NCBI GenBank assembly: GCA_964571245.1
Contig: CAZNAT010000008.1
Location: forward strand, 7,008 to 71,007
Direction of reading: 5' to 3'
From: an uncultured Methylobacterium sp.
GTDB lineage: Bacteria; Pseudomonadota; Alphaproteobacteria; Rhizobiales; Beijerinckiaceae
DNA length: 64,000 nt
Positions 22,862 through 33,247 of the stretch are shown here, in pieces. Under the pieces are notes generated by a model. The model was given only the letters and a program-made list of their open reading frames with translations. It was not told the origin of the DNA and searched no databases. The stretch's first letter is position 1. Each line of letters starts with the position of its first letter. Made by a program: the position numbers and the translations under genes.

Positions 22862-23936
22862 TGCCGCGCCCCGCACCCGGCTGGCCGATGTTGCTCTCCT
22901 CGTAGGCCTGCACGATCCGGCGGACAAGATCGTGCCGGACCACGTGCTGATGACCGAACTTGACATGGCCGATGCCCTCGACATCGGTCAGCAGCGCGAT
23001 CGCCTCGCCGAAGCCGGATTTCTGGCCGGGCGGCAGATCGATCTGGGTGGGATCGCCGGTGATGATCATCCGCGATCCCTCGCCGAGGCGGGTGAGGAAC
23101 ATCTTCATCTGCATCGACGAGGTATTCTGGGCTTCATCGAGCAGAATCAGCGCGTTCGACAGCGTCCGACCGCGCATGAAGGCCAGCGGCGCCACCTCGA
23201 TCACCCCGGTCTGGAGCGCGCGTTCGACCATGCGCCCTTCCATGAAATCATGCAGCGCATCGTAGATCGGGCGCAGGTAGGGATCGACCTTCTCGCGCAT
23301 GTCGCCGGGCAGAAAGCCGATCTTCTCGCCGGCCTCCACCGCCGGGCGCGAGAGAATCAGCCGCTCGACGTGCCCCGCTTCGAGCAATTGCACGGCATGG
23401 CCGACCGCGAGCCAGGTCTTGCCGGTGCCGGCCGGGCCTTCCGCGAACACCAGTTCGTGCCGCGCCAGCACCCGCAAATACGAATCCTGCGCCGCATTGC
23501 GCGCCTTGACGGCGCCGCGCTTGCGCGTGGTGACATGGCCGAACCCGGAGTAGGCATCGCGGCTGCGGGCCACCGGCACGGCTTCGGGCGCGGATTTCTC
23601 TGGAAACAACCCGCGCTGGAGCGCCGTTTCCTCGATGGCGCCATCAACATCCCCGGTGCCGACCGCGCGGCCGCGGCGCACGATCGAATAGAGGCTTTCG
23701 ATCACGCGCCGGGCATGATCGACCGCCTCGCGCGCGCCGCGCAGCACGATGTTGTTGCCATTGACATGCGCGACCACATTCAGCTTGCGTTCGAGATGCG
23801 CGATATTCTGGTCGTAGTTGCCGACGACCAGGCTCGCGGCGCGGTTGTCGTCGAGGGTGAAGGCCTCTTCGACCCCTTCAAGCGAGGCCTGAACGGAAGC
23901 GGCGAGGCGTGATGGCTCGCTAAGGCGCGTGGTCAA
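22854..23936 (-). CDS. phoH: PhoH-like ATPase
   Basis: Walker [13 protein letters not shown] and PhoH-family similarity throughout. Conserved position between miaB and ybeY. Confidence 0.93.
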   Translation of the reverse strand: MTTRLSEPSRLAASVQASLEGVEEAFTLDDNRAASLVVGNYDQNIAHLERKLNVVAHVNGNNIVLRGAREAVDHARRVIESLYSIVRRGRAVGTGDVDGAIEETALQRGLFPEKSAPEAVPVARSRDAYSGFGHVTTRKRGAVKARNAAQDSYLRVLARHELVFAEGPAGTGKTWLAVGHAVQLLEAGHVERLILSRPAVEAGEKIGFLPGDMREKVDPYLRPIYDALHDFMEGRMVERALQTGVIEVAPLAFMRGRTLSNALILLDEAQNTSSMQMKMFLTRLGEGSRMIITGDPTQIDLPPGQKSGFGEAIALLTDVEGIGHVKFGHQHVVRHDLVRRIVQAYEESNIGQPGAGRGNV

Positions 23937-25423
23937 GCGGCTTTCCCTCCGAGGTCAGCGGGAGACGGGGATGTGGCGGCGCGCAACGCAACAAGACGGC
24001 CATGCAGCGAATTGGCGGTCAGTTCGGTGATCTCGACCTCGGCGATCTCGCCGATCAGGTCCTTGACTGTCAGGTCCTGGCCTGCCAGGGGCTCGCCCGC
24101 CTCAATCCGCACATGCACCGCCTGAAGATAGGGCGATTTCCCGGCGATTTGCCCGGGGTGCCGGCCTGGCTTTTCGAACAGAACCGGCAAGGTGCGGCCA
24201 ATGCATGCGCGGTTGAAGGCGTTCTGCTGGTCGATGATCAGGGCCTGAAGCGCCTGCAGCCGCGCGGTTTTCACGCTCTCCGGCACCGAATCCTCACCCT
24301 CGCCGGCTTTCGTGCCGGGGCGGGGGCTGTATTTGAACGAATAGGCCGCCGCAAACCCGATCTCGCGAACCAGCGCCATCGTCGCCTCGAAGTCGGCGTC
24401 GCTCTCGCCGGGAAACCCGACGATGAAATCCGAGGATAGCGCGATATCGGGCCTGACGGCGCGAACATCCTCGATCATGCGGCGGTAGAAATCGCGGGTA
24501 TGCCTGCGGTTCATCTCTTTGAGGATGCGGTCCGAGCCCGATTGCACCGGCAGATGCAGATAGGGCATCAGCTTGGGGTTGTCGCGATGCGCCGCGATCA
24601 GCGCGCTGTTCATGTCGCGCGGGTGGCTGGTGGCATAGCGGAGCCGTTTCAACCCGTCGATTCCGGACAATTCCTCGAACAACCGGGCGAGGTCCGCGGT
24701 TCCGCCATCAACGCCCGCGCCATGGTAAGCATTGACGTTCTGTCCGAGCAGCATGATCTCGCGGATCCCTGCATCGACCATCGCACGCGCCTCCGCGAGA
24801 ATCGCTGCGACCGGGCGCGAGGTTTCCGCGCCGCGCGTGAACGGCACGACGCAGAACGAGCAGAACTTGTCGCAGCCTTCCTGCACCGTGAGGAAAGCCG
24901 CCGGACCGCGCGCCAGCAGCCGTTTGCGCCCCGGTGGCGGCAGGTGGGCGAATTTATCCTCTTCCGGGAATTCAGTATCGATCGTGCGCCGTTGCCCGGC
25001 GTCGGCCTTGGCGATCAGGTCCGGCAGGCGATGATAGCTCTGCGGCCCCACAACGATATCGACGCTTTTCTCGCGGCGGATGATTTCTTCCCCTTCCGCC
25101 TGCGCGACGCAGCCGGCCACCGTGATCAACGTCGATTTGCCCTGGGCCGCGCGATCCCGCTTCGTCTCGCGCAAACGCCCAAGCTCGGAATAGATCTTCT
25201 CCGAGGCTTTCTCGCGGATATGGCAGGTGTTGAGAATAATCAGATCAGCCTCTTCGGCCGTCTCGGCGGTGGTAAATCCCTGACCTGCCAGCACATCCGC
25301 CATGCGCTCGGCGTCATGCGCGTTCATCTGGCAGCCGTAGGATTTGATGTGGACGCGGCGCGGCGCCATGCCGGGCACGGGCAGCGCCTCGCTATCCTCT
25401 GGAGTTATCGACGTATCGGCCAT
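23933..25423 (-). CDS. miaB: tRNA-2-methylthio-N6-dimethylallyladenosine synthase
   Basis: 496 aa. The UPF0004 N-terminal domain (KSYGCQMN), the radical-SAM [11 protein letters not shown] motif and a TRAM C-terminus. Confidence 0.95.
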   Translation of the reverse strand: MADTSITPEDSEALPVPGMAPRRVHIKSYGCQMNAHDAERMADVLAGQGFTTAETAEEADLIILNTCHIREKASEKIYSELGRLRETKRDRAAQGKSTLITVAGCVAQAEGEEIIRREKSVDIVVGPQSYHRLPDLIAKADAGQRRTIDTEFPEEDKFAHLPPPGRKRLLARGPAAFLTVQEGCDKFCSFCVVPFTRGAETSRPVAAILAEARAMVDAGIREIMLLGQNVNAYHGAGVDGGTADLARLFEELSGIDGLKRLRYATSHPRDMNSALIAAHRDNPKLMPYLHLPVQSGSDRILKEMNRRHTRDFYRRMIEDVRAVRPDIALSSDFIVGFPGESDADFEATMALVREIGFAAAYSFKYSPRPGTKAGEGEDSVPESVKTARLQALQALIIDQQNAFNRACIGRTLPVLFEKPGRHPGQIAGKSPYLQAVHVRIEAGEPLAGQDLTVKDLIGEIAEVEITELTANSLHGRLVALRAATSPSPADLGGKAA

Positions 25424-25483
25424 CTGTTGTTCTTTACCCGCGTCGCGGCCCTTCGCAAAGGGGCAGGTCCATTCTTCCGCGAT

Positions 25484-26341
25484 TCATCCGACATTTTGAT
25501 GATGGCGCCCAGTCAGGGTTCGCGCATGCGTGGCGCGGATATCCGCCTCGATCTGGCGGGTCATCGCCTTGCGGTCGTGGTTCTGACCGACCTCGATCGC
25601 TGGCAGCAGCGTGACCCGGCAATCCACGCCCGGCAACGTGAAGAAATCCGCCAGATGCGGCAGCAGGTCCATGTCGCCGTACCAGGCGATCAGCGGATGG
25701 TTCTCCCGGCCGATCGGCAAGCCGCCGATGCGCGGATAGGCGATGCTGAGCGGCTGGAGATAGGAAACCGCCGGTTCGGGTTTTTGTGGGCCACGATCTT
25801 CCTGACCTGATTTTTCTTGACCCGTCACGGCCTGCACCGCGCCGATCAGCGCCGAGCGGAACGGCAGAATGCGGGTGCCGTCACTGGTGGTGCCCTCCGC
25901 GAAAAGCACCAGCGCATCTCCGAGCTGCAGCCGTTCGGCGATATCCCGGTTGACCTCGGCGGTTTTGCCGCGCCGCTGGCGCTCGACGAAAATCGACCGT
26001 TGCAGCCGGGCCAGCGTGCCGAACAACGGCCAGCTGCCGACTTCGCTTTTCGCGATGAACGACACCGGAAACAACGACGAAATCACGAGAATATCGAGCC
26101 AGGACAGGTGGTTTGCGGCGATCAGCAGCGGTTTGCGCGGATCTGGCGCGCCGATGCGCTCGACCCTCACCCCGAGCACGAACAACAGATAGCGGTGGAA
26201 ATAGACCGGCAGCCAGCGCGCCAGCGGCGGCGCAGCCCGGAGCGCAAGCCATTGCGCTGGCAGACCGAGCGCAAAAGCCGGGGCCAGCGCGGCGATTTTG
26301 CTGGCAATCAGCGTCTTGCGCCACAGGCCGGTCTCAATCAT
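25484..26341 (-). CDS. 1-acyl-sn-glycerol-3-phosphate acyltransferase family protein
   Basis: HX4D motif (NHLSWLD) and FAEGTTSDG block typical of PlsC-type acyltransferases. Confidence 0.85.
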   Translation of the reverse strand: MIETGLWRKTLIASKIAALAPAFALGLPAQWLALRAAPPLARWLPVYFHRYLLFVLGVRVERIGAPDPRKPLLIAANHLSWLDILVISSLFPVSFIAKSEVGSWPLFGTLARLQRSIFVERQRRGKTAEVNRDIAERLQLGDALVLFAEGTTSDGTRILPFRSALIGAVQAVTGQEKSGQEDRGPQKPEPAVSYLQPLSIAYPRIGGLPIGRENHPLIAWYGDMDLLPHLADFFTLPGVDCRVTLLPAIEVGQNHDRKAMTRQIEADIRATHARTLTGRHHQNVG

Positions 26342-26817
26342 CGCCCGTCACGCGGCTTTTTCGGGCGTGGAGGGCCGCGGCGCAGGCCGGCTTTGGCGGG
26401 TTCGAGCGGCAGACAGAACAGCTGAAGCCGATGCCCGGTAATGCGATACCCGAGCTCCCCGGCAATCCGGGCCTGCAGTTCCTCGATCTCGGGCGAGTGA
26501 AACTCGATCACCTTGCCGGTCCTCAGATCGATCAGATGGTCATGGTGCTCATGGTCGGCGCTTTCATAGCGCGCACGGCCATCGGCGAACTGGTGCCGCT
26601 CGAGGATGCCGGCCTCGGAAAGCAGCCGAACCGTGCGATAGACGGTCGAAAGCGCGATCTTCGGGTCAATCGCCGCCACCCGGCGATGCAGTTCCTCGAC
26701 ATCGGGGTGATCGACCGCCTGCTCGAGAACCCGCGCGATGATCCGCCGCGGGCCGGTCATCCGAAGTCCCTCGGTCTGGCAGCGTTCAACGATGCCGGAA
26801 GCATGCTCTGGCTTCAT
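26338..26817 (-). CDS. fur: Fur-family metalloregulator (rhizobial Fur/Mur type)
   Basis: Start set at MKPEHA (ATG 26817). MTGPRRIIARVLE..HPDVEELHRR..STVYRTVRLL..HHDHLIDL..EFHSPEIE matches the Fur family. Confidence 0.88.
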   Translation of the reverse strand: MKPEHASGIVERCQTEGLRMTGPRRIIARVLEQAVDHPDVEELHRRVAAIDPKIALSTVYRTVRLLSEAGILERHQFADGRARYESADHEHHDHLIDLRTGKVIEFHSPEIEELQARIAGELGYRITGHRLQLFCLPLEPAKAGLRRGPPRPKKPRDGR

Positions 26818-26947
26818 CACCCGCCGACCCCTTTTTCGAGTTTGCGCCGCAGGAACGGTCCCGGCAACGATCCCGGGCGGAATACCAAGGCTTGGACCGG
26901 AAGAAAAGCGATGCGTCCGAATTAAAGCAAACCGGCCATGCCCGGGT

Positions 26948-27487
26948 TCAATAGGCGCGCGGCGTCGGATCAAGATGCTGGAGATCGCGCCGCATCGTCA
27001 AAGCGTCGCGGCGCGGCGCGGTTTGCGCGCCAGGCTCCCGGATATCGCCGGGATAATAGCCCTTCCGGCGACCGATCTCGGTAAATCCCAACCCGCGATA
27101 AAGCGTCAGAGCCGGCGCATTGTCAGCAGCAACTTCCAGGAAATGGCTGGTCGCGCCCGCCCGCCGCACGCGCGCGGAATGCCGCTCCAGCAACGGGGCC
27201 GCGAGGCGCCTTCCGCGCACTTCGCGGTCAAGCGCGATGGTCAAAAGCTCGGCCTCGTCGAGCACGACCCGGCTGATGGCAAAGCCGGTGACGATCTCGC
27301 CGAAAACCCCGCGGGACACCATGACATCAGCGATATGGCCTTCAAGCAGCATCTGTTCGATCTCGCCGCGATCCCAGCCGACCGCGAAACCCTCGGCATG
27401 GATCGAGGCCATCCGCGAAGCATCCGAGAGGCTCGCCGTGCGCAGCGTCGTCCCCATCAGGAACCAGGGCCAGAGCCAGAACCACAT
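26948..27487 (-). CDS. rimI: Ribosomal-protein-alanine N-acetyltransferase (GNAT)
   Basis: GNAT core (LLTIALDREVRGRRLAAPLL..LEVAADNAPALTLYRGLGF). Directly downstream of tsaB. Start at ATG 27487 is tentative. Confidence 0.8.
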   Translation of the reverse strand: MWFWLWPWFLMGTTLRTASLSDASRMASIHAEGFAVGWDRGEIEQMLLEGHIADVMVSRGVFGEIVTGFAISRVVLDEAELLTIALDREVRGRRLAAPLLERHSARVRRAGATSHFLEVAADNAPALTLYRGLGFTEIGRRKGYYPGDIREPGAQTAPRRDALTMRRDLQHLDPTPRAY

Positions 27488-27497
27488 CGCCCGCGCC

Positions 27498-28199
27498 TCA
27501 AACACGTTGCAGGCGCGCGCGGTCCTGCATGGTGACATTGGCATCTCGGAGATAAAGCGGACGGGCCGGCGCCGCGCCCGGATCCGCCACCGCGCCAAGC
27601 CGGGCCACCCAGCCGATTTCCGGCGCGGGAAGGGTGTTCACGATGCCGGAGCCCGGCCGCAGGTCCATCGACACGCCCTTGCGCGCGGCGGCGAGCCGAT
27701 CGGCGGCATTGCCGACAAAGGCCACGGCGCCATCGCCGATTTTTCGCGCCGCATCCTCGATGGCATAGAGGCCGGGTCCGGCCATGGTGCGGCCACCAAC
27801 ACCGAGCGACTGAAAGAACACCATGCCGTGGCGGGCGTCGATGGCAACCGCCACCGGTTTACGCTCCAGCCCGAACAGCAGCGGCGCGGCGAAGGACGCC
27901 AGCGTCGAGACCCCGACGGCGGGGCGGGAATTGATCAAAGCAAAGCCGCGCGCGGCCGCGATCCCGATCCGGATGCCGGTGAAACTGCCGGGGCCGGTGG
28001 TCACGACAAACCGGTCGATATCGTCAAACCGGAGGCCGGAAGCCGCCAGAACCCGCGCGACCATCGGCATCAGCGCCTCGGCATGGCCGCGCTCCATGGC
28101 CTCGGTTTCCGACGCCAGAACCTGATCCGTCGCGGCATCATAAACCGCGGCCGAGGTCGCGGCGAGCGCGGTATCGAGAGCCAGAACGCGCACCATCAT
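27498..28199 (-). CDS. tsaB: tRNA t6A37 biosynthesis protein TsaB (YeaZ)
   Basis: MMVRVLALDTALAATSAAVYD...GPGSFTGIRIGIAAARG, typical TsaB. Confidence 0.9.
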   Translation of the reverse strand: MMVRVLALDTALAATSAAVYDAATDQVLASETEAMERGHAEALMPMVARVLAASGLRFDDIDRFVVTTGPGSFTGIRIGIAAARGFALINSRPAVGVSTLASFAAPLLFGLERKPVAVAIDARHGMVFFQSLGVGGRTMAGPGLYAIEDAARKIGDGAVAFVGNAADRLAAARKGVSMDLRPGSGIVNTLPAPEIGWVARLGAVADPGAAPARPLYLRDANVTMQDRARLQRV

Positions 28200-28223
28200 G
28201 CCTCCGGCATCGGAGGAAGGGCC

Positions 28224-28781
28224 TCAGGCCGCCTCAACGGACTGAACATCCGGGAGAAAATGCCGCAGCAGATTCTGAATGCCGTGCTTGAGCGTAGCGG
28301 TCGAACTGGGGCAGCCCGAACACGCGCCCTTCATCGTGAGATACACGACGCCTTCACGGAAGCCACGGAAGGTGATGTCGCCGCCATCGCCCGCAACTGC
28401 CGGGCGAACCCGGGTTTCCAGAAGTTCCTTGATCGTGGCGACGGTCTCGGCGTCCTCCGGGGCGAAGAATTCCTCGCCTTCGATCTCGGCGGCGGCGTTC
28501 TCGGCCACCATCGGCGCGCCCGAGAGATAATGCTCCATGATCGCGCCGAGGATCGCCGGCTTGAGATGCTGCCACTCGCCGCCGACCTTGGTGACGGTGA
28601 CGAAATCCGAGCCGAAAAACACACCGGTCACGCCGGGAATACCGAAAAGCGCGCTCGCCAGCGGCGAGGCATTCGCATCCTCGGCGGAGCGGAATTCGCG
28701 CGTCGCATCGCCCAGAACGGGTTTGCCGGGCAAAAACTTCAGCGTGGCGGGGTTCGGGGTCGCTTCGGTCTGGATGAACAT
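28224..28781 (-). CDS. NifU/Nfu-type Fe-S cluster scaffold protein (Nfu_N plus NifU C-terminal domain)
   Basis: MFIQTEATPNPATLKFLPG start and the CSGCPSS motif. Confidence 0.9.
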   Translation of the reverse strand: MFIQTEATPNPATLKFLPGKPVLGDATREFRSAEDANASPLASALFGIPGVTGVFFGSDFVTVTKVGGEWQHLKPAILGAIMEHYLSGAPMVAENAAAEIEGEEFFAPEDAETVATIKELLETRVRPAVAGDGGDITFRGFREGVVYLTMKGACSGCPSSTATLKHGIQNLLRHFLPDVQSVEAA

Positions 28782-28985
28782 GATGGCCTCGTCATGCGGG
28801 AACTGGGCCGGGGTTCAAGGTCCCGGCAAAACCGCATCCGTCTACATAGCCCCGCATCGCCGCAACGAAAAGGCCCTGTTGTCGCCAAAGACCGCGCACG
28901 CGGCAGAATCCTGGCGTATCGATCCCGGCCTATCGGCCAGAAATCCCAGCAAAAACCCCGGAAGCCCCGGACAAAAACGTGAAAT

Positions 28986-29480
28986 TCAGGCGAGCGCCTC
29001 GAAGTCCGCTTCCGCAAGACCGCCGGGAACGATCGTGACCGGCACCGGGAAATTCGCCGCCACGCGCCCCGCGATATGCGAGACCAGCGGCCCCGGACCG
29101 TCCTTGCCGATTCCGGCGGCCAGCACGAGCACGGCGATGTCCTCGTCGTCCTGGATGAGATCCATGACTTCCTGCGACGGCGTTCCGGTGCGGATCGTGC
29201 GTTCGGGCTCGAAGCCGGCCTCGCGGCGCACGATCTCGGCGGCCTTGTCGAGGCGCTCGTTCGATTCGGCCTCGGCCTCGGCCTGCATGATGTCGCCGAT
29301 GCCAAGCCAGGGCTGGCCTTCATCCGGCACGATGATCGAGAGCATCACGACATTGGCCCCCGATCGCCGGGCACGCCGCGCGGCAAACAGCACCGCGCGA
29401 TCGCATTCGGGGGTACCATCCACGATGATGAGGATCTTGGGCCGATGTCCCGGCTCGTAGGCGCGCCGTCTGAACGCCAT
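28986..29480 (-). CDS. Universal stress protein family protein
   Basis: Start set at MAFRRRAY (ATG 29480, GGAGGGG upstream). Usp fold features (KILIIVDGT..., VLVLAAG..G..GPLVSHIAGRVA...PVTIVPG). Confidence 0.8.
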   Translation of the reverse strand: MAFRRRAYEPGHRPKILIIVDGTPECDRAVLFAARRARRSGANVVMLSIIVPDEGQPWLGIGDIMQAEAEAESNERLDKAAEIVRREAGFEPERTIRTGTPSQEVMDLIQDDEDIAVLVLAAGIGKDGPGPLVSHIAGRVAANFPVPVTIVPGGLAEADFEALA

Positions 29481-29574
29481 GCAAATCCCCTCCGAGAACC
29501 CCGACGGCCCCATCGTGCCAAAGCCCCGGTGCCGAAGCAAGCGGAGCGTTGGGCACCGCCCCGCCTTGGGGGCC

Positions 29575-30633
29575 TCAGCTCTGGATGAACCCGAGGATTT
29601 CGCGCACCTCGCGCATGACCGGATTGGCGATTTCCCGCGCGCGCGCCGCGCCATCCGCCAGTACGGCGTCGATCATCGCGGGATCCGAGGTCAGCCGCCG
29701 CATTTCCGCACCGATCGGCGAAAGCTGCTCGACCGAAAGCTCGACCAGCGCGTTCTTGAAGGTCGAGAACTGCCCGCCGCCGTATTCGGCCAGGATCGAC
29801 GCCGCATCGCGCCCGGAAAGCGCGGCGAAGATCGTCACGAGGTTTTCGGCTTCCGGCCGGCCCTTGAGGCCATCGACCTCGGAGGGCAGCGGCTCGGGAT
29901 CGGTTTTCGCCTTGCGGATCTTCTGCGCGATCGCCTCGGCGTCATCGGTCAGGTTCAGCCGCGAGTTGTCGGAGGGATCCGATTTCGACATTTTCTTGGT
30001 GCCGTCGCGCAAGGACATCACCCGCGGGGCCGGCCCCGCGATCAACGGCTCCGGCTGCGGAAAATAGGCCCCGGATTCAAGACCACGCTCGCGAATCCGG
30101 TCGCCGAAATCAAAGTTGAATTTCTGGGCAATATCACGCGAAAGCTCGAGGTGCTGCTTCTGGTCTTCGCCCACCGGCACATGCGTCGCCCGGTAGACCA
30201 GAATATCCGCCGCCATCAGCGTCGGATAGGCATAAAGGCCGATCGAAGCGTTCTCTCGGTCCTTGCCGGCCTTTTCCTTGAATTGGGTCATGCGGTTCAG
30301 CCAGCCAAGCCGCGCGATGCAGTTGAACACCCAGGCGAGTTCGGCATGTGCCGCCACCTGGCTCTGGTTGAAAACGATATGCTTCTTGGTATCGATCCCG
30401 GCCGCGATGAAGGCGGCAGTCACCTCGCGGGTGGCGCGGATCAGTTCTGCCGGATCGTGCTGCACGGTGATCGCGTGCATATCGACGACGCAATAGACGC
30501 AGGAATGCCCGGCCTGAAGCTCGGCGAAGCGCTTGATCGCCCCGAGATAATTGCCCAGATGCAGGTTGCCGGTTGGCTGGACGCCCGAGAACACGCGCGG
30601 CGTAAAGGGTTTTAGGATCATCGGCTGGGTCAC
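29575..30633 (-). CDS. trpS: Tryptophan--tRNA ligase
   Basis: 352 aa. HIGH-type [15 protein letters not shown] and KMSKS (KKMSKSD) motifs. Confidence 0.96.
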   Translation of the reverse strand: MTQPMILKPFTPRVFSGVQPTGNLHLGNYLGAIKRFAELQAGHSCVYCVVDMHAITVQHDPAELIRATREVTAAFIAAGIDTKKHIVFNQSQVAAHAELAWVFNCIARLGWLNRMTQFKEKAGKDRENASIGLYAYPTLMAADILVYRATHVPVGEDQKQHLELSRDIAQKFNFDFGDRIRERGLESGAYFPQPEPLIAGPAPRVMSLRDGTKKMSKSDPSDNSRLNLTDDAEAIAQKIRKAKTDPEPLPSEVDGLKGRPEAENLVTIFAALSGRDAASILAEYGGGQFSTFKNALVELSVEQLSPIGAEMRRLTSDPAMIDAVLADGAARAREIANPVMREVREILGFIQS

Positions 30634-30715
30634 GGGGGGTTTCCATCAAAAAGGAACGGATGCGCGATCTATCAATGATAGCCGGTCAGGACAAGCGAGT
30701 GCTGCGCAAGGGCCG

Positions 30716-32308
30716 CTATTGCGCCGGCTTCCCGGCCCGGAAACCGAGCCGGGCGAAGGTGAAGGCCCCGAGAACCCGGGCGGAAACGGCATAAACACCC
30801 AGCCCGCCGCTGCAAATCAGCAGCAGCACCAGCCCTTTCTCGTAAAACAGCCGCTGGGGCGACATCAGCGACTTGAACGTCATCGCCAGCCAGCCGATCA
30901 CCAGCCCCATCAGGGCCGCGGCCATCGCGGTCGCCAGAACCCGCCAATAGGTCCGTGGCAGGATGATCAGCCGGTGGCGCGCAGCGAACACCAGCACGAT
31001 CGCGTTCGTCCAGGCGCCGATCGCCACTCCGATTGCCGGCGAAAGCGTGCGCTCGATGTCCCGGAAAACGACGACTCCGAGAATATTGGCGGCGATGGCG
31101 ATGCCCACCGCAAGGATCGGTATCCGCATTTCCTCGCGAGCAAGAAAGGTGGGCAGGATGACCTTCGTCAGCACGAAGGCGGGGAGCGCAAACGCCAGGA
31201 CCTTGAGAAAACCCGCCGTGGCCTGTGCATCCTGCGGCGAGAACGCGCCGCGCTGGAACAAAACCGCCGCGATCGGCTTGGCCAGAACGATCAGCGCCAC
31301 CGTCGCGGGAAAGATCAGCAAGGCCGCAAAAACGAAGCCTTCGCTCTGGGCTTCCGCCATGGCGTTCTTGTCGCCATCGTTGAGCGCGCGGGAAATGCGC
31401 GGCAGCAGCACGATGCCGATCGCCGAAGCCACGAACCCGAGCGGCAGCTGGAACAGCCGGTCGGCATAATAGAGCCAGGAAATGCCCTGCGGCTGCAGCG
31501 AGGCAAACTGGCTGGCGATGATCATATGGACGTGGCCGGAACCCGCGATCACCATGCCGGGCAGCGCGATCAGCAGCAGGGTTTTCGCGGTAGGGTCGAT
31601 CCGCCCCATCACCGCATCCCAGGGCCGTGGCCGGACATCGAACCCCTCGCGCGCCGCCGCCCACCACAGGAGGACAAGCTGGGCGAGCCCCGCCGCCAGC
31701 ACGGTTGTCACCAATACGATGCCCGCCTGCCGCTGGTCGCTGGGCACAATGACCAGCAAGCCGAGCAGCACGCCGATCATCATCAGGTTGAGCACCAGCG
31801 GCACCAGGGCCGCGATCGCGTAGCGCTCGACGGCGTTGAGAAGCGCCGACATCAGCGCGACGATCAGCACGAAGCCGACAAACGGGAATGCGATCCGCCC
31901 GAACAGAACCGCATCGGCGAACTTGGCCTCATCCGCCCGGAACCCGTAGGCCAGCGCGAACATGATCCCCGGCATCGCGATTTCGGCAATCGCCACCATC
32001 ACGATCACGGCGACGACAAGAAGCGAAAGCACGTCGTCGGAATAGCCGCGCGCGGCCTGCACGCCGCCCTCTTTCTCCAGCCGGGCGAGCCTCGGCACGA
32101 TGGCCGCGTTCAGCGCGCCCTCGCTCATCATCTTGCGGAACAGATTGGGAATCAGGAAGGCCGCGACGTAGATATCCGCGACAGGCCCCGTTCCCAGCAT
32201 CGCCGCGATGAGAATATCACGCAGGAACCCGGTGATCCGTGACGCGAGCGTCGCGGAACCAACAATCGTGAAGGGGAGGGCAAGCGACATCACCCCAGAC
32301 TCGTCCAT
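30716..32308 (-). CDS. murJ: Lipid II flippase MurJ (MviN)
   Basis: Polytopic membrane protein with the MurJ N-terminus (TLASRITGFLRDILIAAMLGTGPVADIY). Start at ATG 32308 or 32290. The track ORF extension is rejected. Confidence 0.9.
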   Translation of the reverse strand: MDESGVMSLALPFTIVGSATLASRITGFLRDILIAAMLGTGPVADIYVAAFLIPNLFRKMMSEGALNAAIVPRLARLEKEGGVQAARGYSDDVLSLLVVAVIVMVAIAEIAMPGIMFALAYGFRADEAKFADAVLFGRIAFPFVGFVLIVALMSALLNAVERYAIAALVPLVLNLMMIGVLLGLLVIVPSDQRQAGIVLVTTVLAAGLAQLVLLWWAAAREGFDVRPRPWDAVMGRIDPTAKTLLLIALPGMVIAGSGHVHMIIASQFASLQPQGISWLYYADRLFQLPLGFVASAIGIVLLPRISRALNDGDKNAMAEAQSEGFVFAALLIFPATVALIVLAKPIAAVLFQRGAFSPQDAQATAGFLKVLAFALPAFVLTKVILPTFLAREEMRIPILAVGIAIAANILGVVVFRDIERTLSPAIGVAIGAWTNAIVLVFAARHRLIILPRTYWRVLATAMAAALMGLVIGWLAMTFKSLMSPQRLFYEKGLVLLLICSGGLGVYAVSARVLGAFTFARLGFRAGKPAQ

Positions 32309-32360
32309 GTTGCACTGCGGCGTCAAGCGCCAACTGGCAACCCGGACCCCTCCGGGGTCG

Positions 32361-33110
32361 TCAGGCGCTCGGCATGAACCCCGTACGCAGCGCCTGCGCC
32401 CAGCCCGGCCGATGGTTCTCTTCAGCCCGCCTGGCCGCGCGTTTGAAATCATAGGAAACCGCGCGGAAGGTGACATCCGGCATCGAATCACCGCTGGAAT
32501 GATCGACAATTGCATAGCGGGCATGCGGCGTTCCGGCCTCGGAAACGTGCTTCCGGCCCGTCAGATCCTCGTATCCGGGATTGCCGACGCTGCCGGGATT
32601 GATCAGAAGTGCCCCGCTCGGAAGCCGGACCATATCCGGCCGGTGACTATGGCCCATCAGCACGACGCGCGCCGCAACCGGCCCCAAACGACGCTCGATT
32701 TTCGCAAGCGGCGCACGCACCAGCCGACCATCGACGATATCATCGAGCACGTATCGATCATCATACTCCGGGGTGGCGTGAAAGCCGACAATTCCCGGGG
32801 CAAATTCGCGAAAAAACGGAATACCCGCCAGCTCGGCCCGTTCCGCAGCCGTTAGCACGTCATAGGCAAAACCATCCGAAGGCCCCATGCCATCGCGGGC
32901 GGCTTCCCCCACGATCCGGTCGTGGTTGCCCCGCACCGTTGGCGCGCCCAGCGCTTTCAGCCGGTCGAAGGTCTCGCGCGGCCAGAGCGGCCCGGACAGA
33001 CAATCGCCGAGATTGACGATCAGATCGACCTCGCGCCCGGCGATATCGATCAGCACCGCATCCAGCGCGAGGATGTTGCCGTGAATATCGGCGATGACGG
33101 CGATGCGCAT
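32361..33110 (-). CDS. Metallophosphoesterase family protein
   Basis: MRIAVIADIHGN..NLGDCL..GNHD..MGHSH motifs of calcineurin-like phosphoesterases. Confidence 0.85.
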   Translation of the reverse strand: MRIAVIADIHGNILALDAVLIDIAGREVDLIVNLGDCLSGPLWPRETFDRLKALGAPTVRGNHDRIVGEAARDGMGPSDGFAYDVLTAAERAELAGIPFFREFAPGIVGFHATPEYDDRYVLDDIVDGRLVRAPLAKIERRLGPVAARVVLMGHSHRPDMVRLPSGALLINPGSVGNPGYEDLTGRKHVSEAGTPHARYAIVDHSSGDSMPDVTFRAVSYDFKRAARRAEENHRPGWAQALRTGFMPSA

Positions 33111-33142
33111 GTGCCTTCTCCGGGGAGGCTGGGGTCTGGACC

Positions 33143-33247
33143 CTAGAGCATGCTGCGTTCTGATAGAACCGCAGCATGCTCTTATCTTATTATTTTTGCA
33201 TGCTTTTTTGCGAAAAACCGCTCACACTTTTTCGCAGCATGCTCTAG
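33143..33247. repeat. Palindromic intergenic repeat, full-length copy (105 bp), variant B
   Basis: Terminal inverted repeats CTAGAGCATGCTGCG / CGCAGCATGCTCTAG. There is an internal third copy of the arm (33170-82) and an inner hairpin GCGAAAAA..TTTTTCGC. The right terminus contains the hslU stop TAG (33244-33246). Confidence 0.8.

Noticed and set aside
21420-23936. PhoH-like ATPase, YbeY and the CorC-like gene (and Smr at 41229-41873), considered as components of a toxin/defence or stress module.
   Set aside because: This is the universally conserved miaB-phoH-ybeY-corC-lnt housekeeping cluster with overlapping start and stop codons. There is nothing accessory in context or composition.
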